Assembly: GCA_034189385.1 (NCBI GenBank) | Contig: JAXHVD010000040.1 | Span: 1 to 10,540 of the forward strand | From: Thermodesulfobacteriota bacterium | Lineage (GTDB): Bacteria > Desulfobacterota > Desulfobacteria > Desulfobacterales > C00003060 | Length of the DNA: 10,540 nt | Direction of reading: 5' to 3' | Shown here: positions 1 to 7,252 of the stretch, in pieces | How positions within the stretch are numbered: position 1 is the first letter of the stretch | How the letters are laid out: every line of letters starts with the position of its first letter | Made by a program: the position numbers and the translations under genes | The notes under the pieces: generated by a model | What the model saw: the letters and a program-made list of their open reading frames with translations, nothing else | What the model was told of the DNA's origin: nothing | The model's database searches: none

Positions 1-116
1 AGCTATTCGGTGAGGAGATTCAAACCATTGATGCCGTTGCGCTGATGACAGACACGGACAACGGCAAAGGAGAGATGACTGCATTTTACGGAGACATCTA
101 TTTCTCAGCGAGATGA
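1..116 (+). CDS. 3' end of a DUF3047-like protein (partial, 5' truncated by window)
   Basis: Frame starting at nt 3 reads LFGEEIQTIDAVALMTDTDNGKGEMTAFYGDIYFSAR, stop TGA 114-116. The 'A(V)AxMTDTDN...A.YGDI.F' pattern matches my recollection of the DUF3047 C-terminus. Not in the ORF track. Confidence 0.75.
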   Translation, partial: LFGEEIQTIDAVALMTDTDNGKGEMTAFYGDIYFSAR

Positions 117-172
117 CCTGTGGACGAAGAGCAGTGTTATCCAGCAAGGTATGGGAACTCAGGAGAGGCATT

Positions 173-244
173 ATGGAACCATTACCACAGGAGCTCGTTT
201 TTACTCCTGCCCGCGCCAGCATGATGCCCTTTAGGAGTCCGTGA
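173..244 (+). CDS. Putative 23-aa leader/small ORF (MEPLPQELVFTPARASMMPFRSP)
   Basis: Strong SD AGGAG at 161-165 with ATG at 173. Its stop TGA (242-244) overlaps the GNAT ATG (244-246) as TGATG. Confidence 0.3.
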   Translation: MEPLPQELVFTPARASMMPFRSP

Positions 245-735
245 TGATCCATGTGGAACTGTGTGGCTATGTTCCAGGTGCCATCGGTCGGGTAGTGGAG
301 TTGCACGCAAGCTATTACCACCGGAACTGGAATTTCGGGCTGTTCTTTGAGGCGAAGGTTGCCACAGAACTGTCAGCCTTTCTTCGCCGATTCGACAAAG
401 GGCGCGACGGATTTTGGACGGTCTGTCTTAACAACAGGGTTGAAGGGTCTATCGCCATCGATGGGATCCAGGCAGTCAGAGACGGGGCACATCTGAGATG
501 GTTCATTCTTTCCGAGCAGATACGTGGACAAGGTCTGGGCAACAGACTGATGGAGGAGGTCATCTCTTTTTGCAGGAAGAAAAGCTACAGAAAAGTCTAT
601 CTTTGGACCTTTGACGGCCTTGACGCCGCGCGCCATCTCTATGAGAAGGCCGAATTCTGTCTGGTGGAGCAACGACAAGGTGAGCAATGGGGGATAGAAG
701 TCCTTGAGCAGAAGTTTGAACTACAACTGGATTGA
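244..735 (+). CDS. GNAT family N-acetyltransferase (resembles the GNAT domain of MarR-GNAT proteins)
   Basis: Acetyl-CoA-binding motif RGQGLGNRL, plus AHLRWF, VYLWTF..L.AARHLYEK and the N-terminal PGAIGRVVELHASYY. SD AGGAG at 233-237 favours ATG 244 over GTG 241. Confidence 0.9.
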   Translation: MIHVELCGYVPGAIGRVVELHASYYHRNWNFGLFFEAKVATELSAFLRRFDKGRDGFWTVCLNNRVEGSIAIDGIQAVRDGAHLRWFILSEQIRGQGLGNRLMEEVISFCRKKSYRKVYLWTFDGLDAARHLYEKAEFCLVEQRQGEQWGIEVLEQKFELQLD

Positions 736-922
736 GTCACGAAATAACGTGTCCGCTTCGAGGATCGGCAAAACCGTGCATTTGGTGTAGAAGGAGACAA
801 CAGGGAAATACCCGGGTAGTGCCCGGCACATGTGACGTGAGGGGTAACAGGCGGCCATAGGTTATCAAAGACCGCTATCCGGCAGGGATTTGACCGGGTG
901 TCCCAACAAAAGGAGATCTGGA

Positions 923-1510
923 ATGCTAAGAGACCTGGTGTCAAGAAACAGGAGTTATAGACGGTTCCATCAGGACGTCTCCGTGGATCTTGCGACCCTA
1001 AGAGAGCTTGTGGACCTCGCAAGGCTCTCGGCATCAGCGGCAAATTTGCAGCCCCTGAAGTACATTCTTTCTTGTAGTGCTGAGAAGAATGCGTTGATAT
1101 TTGCTCACCTTGCATGGGCCGCCTATCTTAAGGACTGGCCCGGTCCCTCAGAAGGGGAGAGACCATCGGCATACATGATTGTCCTTGGAGACACACGCCT
1201 GTGTCCCTCTTTTGGATGTGATCATGGCATAGCCGCTCAAAGCATCCTCTTGGGTGCTACGGAAAGGGGGCTGGGAGGCTGCATCATCGGCGCCATTCAA
1301 CGAAAGGAACTCCGTAAGGCCTTGGACATTCCGGCCTACTACGAAATTCTCATTGCCATAGCCCTTGGCAAACCAAAGGAGTCGGTGAAGATCGAGACAC
1401 TGGCGTCTGACGGAGAGATCAAGTACTGGCGGGACCAGGAAGGCACCCACCACGTGCCAAAACGTTCGCTGGATGACATCATTGTGGGCCAGTATGAGAC
1501 GGGTTCATGA
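923..1510 (+). CDS. Nitroreductase family (FMN-dependent) protein
   Basis: Motifs NRSYRRF, ARLSASAANLQP, DHGIAAQSILLGATERGLGGCIIG, IALGKP and HHVPKRSL. SD AGGAG at 911-915 supports ATG 923 rather than TTG 890. Confidence 0.9.
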   Translation: MLRDLVSRNRSYRRFHQDVSVDLATLRELVDLARLSASAANLQPLKYILSCSAEKNALIFAHLAWAAYLKDWPGPSEGERPSAYMIVLGDTRLCPSFGCDHGIAAQSILLGATERGLGGCIIGAIQRKELRKALDIPAYYEILIAIALGKPKESVKIETLASDGEIKYWRDQEGTHHVPKRSLDDIIVGQYETGS

Positions 1511-1570
1511 GCGGGCTGTGGCCTGTCCTCCGGGATCGCCCAAGCACCGATGGAGCACGCGAAAAGCGGA

Positions 1571-1963
1571 TCAGCCCTTCCATCTCAGTGAATGCCCATG
1601 GGCCTGTTGATACTTTTTCAGGATGAGTCTCCGGGGGAACTCAGGGCTTGAGAGGTATCTGAGGTTGGCGTCCAAGAAGCGTTGCTTAAGTTCTTTGAAC
1701 ACCTCATCCTTTTCAGTCTCTGCAATGAAATTGCGAATCTTTTCATAGCGGTACACAGCCTTGTCGTCCATCGCCGCCCCAATATCGTCTAGGAGAACAT
1801 CTTCTGAATCTTGGCCCTTGAGGTATTCCGGCTTCAGGCCCACTTCTATGGAAGCCACCATTGAGACGAGCCATCTGTCTCCAGCAACACGCTTGGAGGC
1901 ATCGTATAACTCAAGGGTCAGGCCATTTTCAAGGCTTATCATATCCACTAGTTTTTCTTCCAT
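1571..1963 (-). CDS. Hypothetical protein (~130 aa)
   Basis: Protein-like composition (LENGLTLELYDASKRVAGDRWLV...YEKIRNFI). Purine-rich SD (AGGAAGGG) precedes ATG 1963; alternative start 1981. No family recognised. Confidence 0.7.
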   Translation of the reverse strand: MEEKLVDMISLENGLTLELYDASKRVAGDRWLVSMVASIEVGLKPEYLKGQDSEDVLLDDIGAAMDDKAVYRYEKIRNFIAETEKDEVFKELKQRFLDANLRYLSSPEFPRRLILKKYQQAHGHSLRWKG

Positions 1964-2020
1964 GGTCCCTTCCTGATTCATTACTTCGGCAATTAACGAC
2001 CCCAGTAAGATGAATATGTT

Positions 2021-2048
2021 CTGGATGCCGGATCAAGTCCGGCTTGAC
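2021..2048. repeat. Partial copy of a REP-like palindromic element
   Basis: ctggatgccggatcaagtccggcttgac is 27/28 identical to 7137-7164 and forms the hairpin GCCGGA-tcaag-TCCGGC. Confidence 0.8.
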
Positions 2049-2120
2049 GATTACAGCACTTTTTACGAAACCATCAATACGAAAAAATGAATCGCAGATG
2101 GCCTTTCTCTTCAGGTATCA

Positions 2121-5100
2121 TCACTCAAAGAGGCTCAACTGGCGATCCCCTCTTTCCTGAGCCGGCCTTCCTGAAAAGGGGCTCCCGTATTGTTTGAGAT
2201 CTTCTTGAATCGCCTCAACATAGGGAGAAATACGCTGCTTGTTCTTCTTTCCAAACCATAGCCTCTTATTGGCGTGGGTGAGAAAGACCTTGTCCCGGGC
2301 CCGAGTCAGGGCCACATAAAACAGTCTTTGTTCTTCCGAAAGATCCCCATCATCGTCCCTTTTCCGAAAAGGGATCAGACCGTCTTCACACCCTGCAATG
2401 AAAAGCACGGGAAACTCTAGGCCCTTGGATGCGTGCATGGTCATCAGGGTCACTCTTTCTGCATTAGGATCGTATAGATCTTGTTCTTTTTCAAGGGCAA
2501 GGGTGGTGAGGAACTCTATACTCCGATCTTCAAAGGGCCGAGACAGGGCCAACAGGGTCGCCAGGTTTTCGTGGAAGCCCTTGTCATTTGACATGGCATC
2601 TCCAATGTTGAACTGGTCCAGTATGCGTTGAAGTTGTTCATGCACCTCTTGTCCATGAATCCGCTCTCTCAGTCTCTTCATGTCTTCTGAAAAACCTGCA
2701 AGTCTATCTCTGGCCGGCGGTCTCAGGCCGGAAATCTCGGCCCCGTGATCGAGAGCAGCTGCAAAGGGCCTTGCCGTGGCCTGGGACCATGTGGTCAGGG
2801 CCGCCACAGTGCCAGTACCGATCCCCCTTGGAGGGAAATTAATGATCCGCTGAAGGTCAAAATCGCTGCCGAAGGACAGCCCTACCTTCAGATAAGAAAT
2901 CAACTCCCTGATCCCTTTTCTGGTTTCAAGCTTCTGGTCCCCAACGAGCTGAAATGGAATCCCCGAACGTTCAAAGGCCTCCCTCAGGGCCTTTGCCTGT
3001 TCCTTTACCCTGTAAAGCACGGCAAAATCGGAGAAACTGCGTTCCCTTTTCTCGTAAGTGGGGTCGGTGCGACCGCTATCCATGGAAAAATGGCTGATGC
3101 CGCCAACCTCCTGATCGATCGTCTTGACAATATATTCGGCCTCGGCCCTTTCCGTGGAAAGCCGGGCAACGGTAAGGACCTTGGCCCCGTAAATGCCAGA
3201 CCAAACTTTCCCCTTGTCTTCCTCCCCGCCACGGAGGCCCATGACCTGTCCCGATGCCTGGAGAATGGTCTCTGTGGACCGATAGTTCTGGTTCAGGTGA
3301 ATCTTTTTGGCCCCTGGATAATCCGTGCAGAAGCAGTTGAAATAGTGTACGTCGGCCCCCCTGAATCCATAGATCGCCTGATTCGGGTCTCCGATCACGC
3401 AGATGTCGTGACCGGGTGGCGCCAGAAGCCGAATCAGTCGGTATTGGGCATAATTGACGTCCTGGTATTCGTCCACGGATATGTAAGGAAAACGCTTCTC
3501 GTATGCTTGCCGGATGGCATCGTGGGTTTCAAAGAGCGTCAATGTCTTAAAGACCAGGTCATCGAAATCAAGGAGATGGTTGGACGACAGAAATTGTTGA
3601 TAGGCCTTGTAGTGGGCCGGAAACTGCCTTAACAAGGTCTCAGGCACGGAGCCGCTTAAATCATCTTCCGGGGAAAGCATGCGCTGTTTGGCCAAAGAAA
3701 TGAAATGAAGAATCCTGTCAGGACCCCCTTCTGAGGCGGAAACCTTGCCGCTTTTGCGTCCCATAGCGGTTTTGACAACCTCCCTGCGGTCGGCCTCATT
3801 TAATACACAGACCGGAAGTCTTAGTCCCAAAGGGTCTGATTGTTCGGATATGACCTGAAGACAGAGGGCGTGAAAGGTCTTGACGGTCATCTCTTCCAGT
3901 GCCCTTGGATCTTCCACAGTCGCTCCCAACCGCCCGACCATCTCCTGGGCGGCCTTGTTGGTGAAGGTGACGGCCAGGACCTGTTTCGGCTTGGCAATCC
4001 CCTCTTGAAGCAGGTGCCCTATGCGATGGGTCAGGGTTCGGGTCTTTCCGGTGCCAGGGCCTGCCACGATCAGCAGGGGTCCGTCCACATGTTGCACGGC
4101 TTCCTGCTGGGCCTGATTCAGGTTTTCCCGAAGACCCGCACTTGAGGCGGAACCGTGTGGCGATCCCCTGTCTGGAGGTGCCATGAAAGGGGCTTTTGTT
4201 TCAGCGACCAACAGCTCGTTTTTAGGTGCTGCTCCTTTGGCCTGATCAAACAGGACCGGTTGAGACCTTTGGGCCCGTCCCTTTGTCTTGGCTCCAGCAG
4301 GCACCGCCAGAAGCCCCTTCTGGCCGAGAAGGTTGTGGCGTTCGTCGTCCGTAAAGAGGGAGACTGTTCCAAACTCGCCGTCATATCCCGGGGCAATCGT
4401 GACCTGGTTGTCTCTCATGCGATGGATGGCCTCTGAAAAAAGGGGTGGGCCGTGGCGCTCAAGGGCGTCTCTGGGCGTGTTCCTTAGGATCTCGAATTCT
4501 GATCCGAGCCTTTCAACCAGGGCGCGATAGGTTGTCGTTACCTTCTTGCTCTTTGGCCCTACCTGAAGCACCTCTGATAATACATCGGTGAGAGGAAGAA
4601 GGCTCGTGTAGGGATGTGCCCCCTTCGGTTTTGCCCCTGGTTTACGATCGGCCAACTCTTCCACGCGGTACATGACACCGACGGTAACGGGTCTGCCGCA
4701 TACCGGACAAAGCCCCTTGTTCTTAAGGGTCTCAAGGGGGGAGAGTCTCTGTCTGCATTTTCGGTGGCCGTCAAAATGATACTTCCCCTCTTCAGCAAAA
4801 TACTCCAGTGTGCCCAAAAAGCGCTTCGGGTCGCCCGTCTTCAGTGCGTCTCTGATAGCGAAATAAGAAGGCTGCGTGTCAAACAGGTTGGCCTCCCTGC
4901 CAAGGTTTGAAGGGGAATGGGCGTCAGAATTGGAGACCAGCGTGAACCCGTCCAAGGCAGAAAGCCGCCAGTTCATGGCAGGGTCTGCTGAAAGGCCTGT
5001 CTCTAAGGCAAAGATGTGAGAAGTGAGGTCGTCGAAGCATTCCTCAATGGAGTCAAAACCTGATTTTGAACCGAGTACGGAAAACCATGGCGTCCAGATG

Positions 5101-5591
5101 TGGGCTGGTATGAGAAAGGCATCTTCCGATGTCTCAAGGACGATTTCAAGTAGGGTCCTTGAATCAAGGCCCAAGATAGGCCTCCCATCAGAGGCAATGT
5201 TGCCGATCCGCTCCAGTCTCTGGGTAATCTTTCGGGCTGCTTCGAGGGTGGGCGCAAAGATGAGATTGTGGACCTTCCGGGTCTTACCGTCCTTTTTGTA
5301 GATACTGCTGATCTCCACACACAACATGAAGCGGACCGGCCCTTGGCAGGTCGGCGGCACCATGGAGGCCGTCTCTGCCGCAAAGGCAGGTCTTAGGCCA
5401 AAGAGACCATCTTCTTTTGGCTCAAGCTTTTCACAAAGCTCTGAAAACCACTTGGGGTGGGTGAAATCACCCGTGGCAAGAACAGTGATCCCCTTTAGCT
5501 GGGCCCACAAGTTCAGATGTTCGAGGTTCAGATTCTTGGCTGTTGCCCTTGAAAGGTAGGAATGGATATGAAGATCAGCAATAAACTCCAT
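2121..5591 (-). CDS. EndoQ-like (PHP-fold, TIGR00375-type) endonuclease fused to a UvrD/PcrA superfamily 1A helicase
   Basis: N-terminal ~415 aa: ADLHIHS, GDFTHP, PAHIWTPWFS, ETGLSAD, SNSDAHS, GKYHFDGHRKC...CPVCG, PGYDGEFG. C-terminal part: LNQAQQEAV (Q motif), AGPGTGKT, VTFTNKAA, DEYQD, GDPNQAIYGFRGA, LNQNYRS, INFPPRGIG, TMHASKGLEF, EEQRLFYVALTRA. Ends in QLSLFE. Confidence 0.9.
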   Translation of the reverse strand: MEFIADLHIHSYLSRATAKNLNLEHLNLWAQLKGITVLATGDFTHPKWFSELCEKLEPKEDGLFGLRPAFAAETASMVPPTCQGPVRFMLCVEISSIYKKDGKTRKVHNLIFAPTLEAARKITQRLERIGNIASDGRPILGLDSRTLLEIVLETSEDAFLIPAHIWTPWFSVLGSKSGFDSIEECFDDLTSHIFALETGLSADPAMNWRLSALDGFTLVSNSDAHSPSNLGREANLFDTQPSYFAIRDALKTGDPKRFLGTLEYFAEEGKYHFDGHRKCRQRLSPLETLKNKGLCPVCGRPVTVGVMYRVEELADRKPGAKPKGAHPYTSLLPLTDVLSEVLQVGPKSKKVTTTYRALVERLGSEFEILRNTPRDALERHGPPLFSEAIHRMRDNQVTIAPGYDGEFGTVSLFTDDERHNLLGQKGLLAVPAGAKTKGRAQRSQPVLFDQAKGAAPKNELLVAETKAPFMAPPDRGSPHGSASSAGLRENLNQAQQEAVQHVDGPLLIVAGPGTGKTRTLTHRIGHLLQEGIAKPKQVLAVTFTNKAAQEMVGRLGATVEDPRALEEMTVKTFHALCLQVISEQSDPLGLRLPVCVLNEADRREVVKTAMGRKSGKVSASEGGPDRILHFISLAKQRMLSPEDDLSGSVPETLLRQFPAHYKAYQQFLSSNHLLDFDDLVFKTLTLFETHDAIRQAYEKRFPYISVDEYQDVNYAQYRLIRLLAPPGHDICVIGDPNQAIYGFRGADVHYFNCFCTDYPGAKKIHLNQNYRSTETILQASGQVMGLRGGEEDKGKVWSGIYGAKVLTVARLSTERAEAEYIVKTIDQEVGGISHFSMDSGRTDPTYEKRERSFSDFAVLYRVKEQAKALREAFERSGIPFQLVGDQKLETRKGIRELISYLKVGLSFGSDFDLQRIINFPPRGIGTGTVAALTTWSQATARPFAAALDHGAEISGLRPPARDRLAGFSEDMKRLRERIHGQEVHEQLQRILDQFNIGDAMSNDKGFHENLATLLALSRPFEDRSIEFLTTLALEKEQDLYDPNAERVTLMTMHASKGLEFPVLFIAGCEDGLIPFRKRDDDGDLSEEQRLFYVALTRARDKVFLTHANKRLWFGKKNKQRISPYVEAIQEDLKQYGSPFSGRPAQERGDRQLSLFE

Positions 5592-5592
5592 T

Positions 5593-6168
5593 CTAAAACT
5601 TCACTTTAGGGGCCTCTTGTTTTTCTTCAGGTACTTCGAAGTAGGTGCCCTTTTCAAAATTGAACATCCCTGCGATCAGGTTGGTGGGAAAGCTTCTAAT
5701 CCTGGCGTTAAAGACCTTTACCGCCTCATTGAAACGGCGACGTTCCACGGCAATCCTGTTCTCCGTCCCGGCCAATTCATCTTGGAGGCGAATGAAATTC
5801 GTGTTGGCTTTTAAGTCAGGATATCGCTCTACCACCACTAAGAGGCGGGCCAGGGCCGAGGAGAGTTCATTGTTTGCCGCGATCTTTTCGTTAATGCTGC
5901 CTGCGCCGGCAACTTTGGAACGGGCCTCGGTAACACCCATTAAGACTTCTTTTTCATGCTTGGCATACCCCTTGACGGTCTCTACGTAATTGGGGATCAA
6001 ATCATAGCGGCGCTGGAGCTGGTTTTCCACCTGAGCCCAGGCCCCTTTGATGCCCTCGTCCATTTGAACGAGGCTGTTGTAGGTTCCCTTCAGATAGGAA
6101 AAGGGAATGAACACAAGAAGTATAATAACCCCTATGACGATGAGCGCGGTTTTTTGTCCCCCTGTCAT
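5593..6168 (-). CDS. lemA: LemA family protein
   Basis: N-terminal TM helix followed by YNSLV...AWAQVENQLQRRYDLIPNYVETVKGYA, ERYPDLKAN.NF..LQDELAGTENRIAVERRRFNEAV and FPTNLIA. SD GGAGG upstream. Confidence 0.95.
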   Translation of the reverse strand: MTGGQKTALIVIGVIILLVFIPFSYLKGTYNSLVQMDEGIKGAWAQVENQLQRRYDLIPNYVETVKGYAKHEKEVLMGVTEARSKVAGAGSINEKIAANNELSSALARLLVVVERYPDLKANTNFIRLQDELAGTENRIAVERRRFNEAVKVFNARIRSFPTNLIAGMFNFEKGTYFEVPEEKQEAPKVKF

Positions 6169-6219
6169 TGAACTACCTCCCTTGAAAAAAGATCATTTTA
6201 GGGCAATTGTAAGCAGCCC

Positions 6220-6954
6220 CTATTCCGTGTCCAGTTTATCCAACTGCTTCCACATGTTCCTTACTTCCTTAAGATAGGCCTGAAACAGGCCGGCCATTTC
6301 CGTGCCCGATGGTTTCAGCTTCTTTTCCCTAATGTCTAAAAGCTTTTCAAATAGGGCCTTGTCGAGGTCAAAGGTCTCACAGACCTGGGCGACGGCCTCT
6401 CGTTTACGCTGAGGGACCTCTTTTCCTTTCAAGTAGAGGAGGCCGTTAAAGACGGCAACAAAGGCATGAACAGACTGTGCAACCAGTTCCTGAAGATCCT
6501 TTCCCCTGCCGCCTGTTTCCAGAAAGGCCTCCCTCAGGAGCAAGAGCTTCGCCTTGATCTCCCTTTCGCACTGAAGCCTTAGGTAATGACGGTCAAAGGT
6601 GAGATCTTTCAAGATATCTCTGCCGTATACCGACTCATGGCAGTTCTGAAGGTTCAAGTATTCAATGGGAAAGGCGTCAAGCGATGTGCGAACATAGTCT
6701 TCCGTAAGAAACAAGGGCGTTGCCACATTGCGTTTCTTCCATTTCTTGACGACCTCGAAGGTCCGTTCAAGTGAATCGATGCCTTTATCAGAAAGCACTA
6801 TCATGAAGTTGATATCTGACTTGCCTGCAACGTACTCTCCGCTCGCTGCGCTGCCGTAAAGAATAATGGAAACCAGATCATCACCAAAAAGCTCCTTGTA
6901 GTCGCTGGTGACGTCGGAGAAGACTTCACGAGGTTCTTTGGGTATCTTGGACAT
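6220..6954 (-). CDS. Nucleotidyltransferase (pol-beta fold) domain protein with helical C-terminal domain
   Basis: FGDDLVSIILYGSAASGEYVAGKSDINFMIVL fits the hG[S]x9-13DhDh signature, but with N at the second Asp position. SD AGGAG lies 8 nt upstream of the ATG. Confidence 0.8.
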   Translation of the reverse strand: MSKIPKEPREVFSDVTSDYKELFGDDLVSIILYGSAASGEYVAGKSDINFMIVLSDKGIDSLERTFEVVKKWKKRNVATPLFLTEDYVRTSLDAFPIEYLNLQNCHESVYGRDILKDLTFDRHYLRLQCEREIKAKLLLLREAFLETGGRGKDLQELVAQSVHAFVAVFNGLLYLKGKEVPQRKREAVAQVCETFDLDKALFEKLLDIREKKLKPSGTEMAGLFQAYLKEVRNMWKQLDKLDTE

Positions 6955-7030
6955 GATATTTGCTCCTAGGAGATTGTTCCGTGTTAGGCGTTCCGGTCAG
7001 AGTCCTTGAATCTCTCAAGGTCCATTCCCC

Positions 7031-7094
7031 GCGGCTTGATTTCGACGAGCTCCATTCGGCCCGAGCTCATGGCCGAGGGCAGTCGAGTCGCCGC
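7031..7094. repeat. Nested GAGCTC-loop palindromic mini-elements
   Basis: Three concentric stems: GCGGC/GCCGC (7031-35/7090-94), TCGAC/GTCGA (7042-46/7082-86) and TCGGCC/GGCCGA (7056-61/7071-76). GAGCTC occurs at 7047 and 7063. Confidence 0.6.
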
Positions 7095-7100
7095 ATGTCC

Positions 7101-7164
7101 GTCATTCCGGCGCACGCCGGAATCCAGAAAACCAAACTGGATGCCGGATCAAGTCCGGCATGAC
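7101..7164. repeat. REP-like double-hairpin element (GTCA...TGAC)
   Basis: GTCA + ATTCCGGC-gcac-GCCGGAAT + CCAG..CTGG + ATGCCGGA-tcaag-TCCGGCAT + (T)GAC. The right half is repeated at 2021-2048. Confidence 0.8.
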
Positions 7165-7168
7165 ATAT

Positions 7169-7225
7169 GATACCCCATAGGTTCTGCCTGACGGCAGTGC
7201 TTCGCGGGCTCCGGGGTAGTTCATT
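7169..7225. repeat. GATACCCC...GGGGTAGTTCATT palindromic element with internal hairpin
   Basis: TACCCC (7171-76) pairs with GGGGTA (7213-18). Internal hairpin CTGCC-tgac-GGCAG at 7184-7197. Confidence 0.5.
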
Positions 7226-7252
7226 GGCGGGCTCTCAACGCCCCGACTTGTA

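Noticed and set aside
736..922. 187-bp spacer before the nitroreductase with an AAGGAG and a small CCGGG/CCCGG hairpin; considered FMN or cobalamin riboswitch or small ORF
   Set aside because: No riboswitch consensus segments recognised and no start codon at a suitable distance from AAGGAG. An Rfam scan would be decisive.
1511..1570. Expected bidirectional terminator between convergent genes
   Set aside because: No convincing stem with a U-tract on either strand.
114..2123. TGA stops (114, 733, 1508, 2121) as possible selenocysteine codons
   Set aside because: Each falls at the natural end of its domain and none aligns to a catalytic Cys position.
2745..3632. 295-aa plus-strand ORF and other ORFs overlapping the helicase, lemA, TPM, ychF-like and dnaJ genes
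   Set aside because: Antisense or alternate-frame shadows of well-supported genes with no recognisable motifs.
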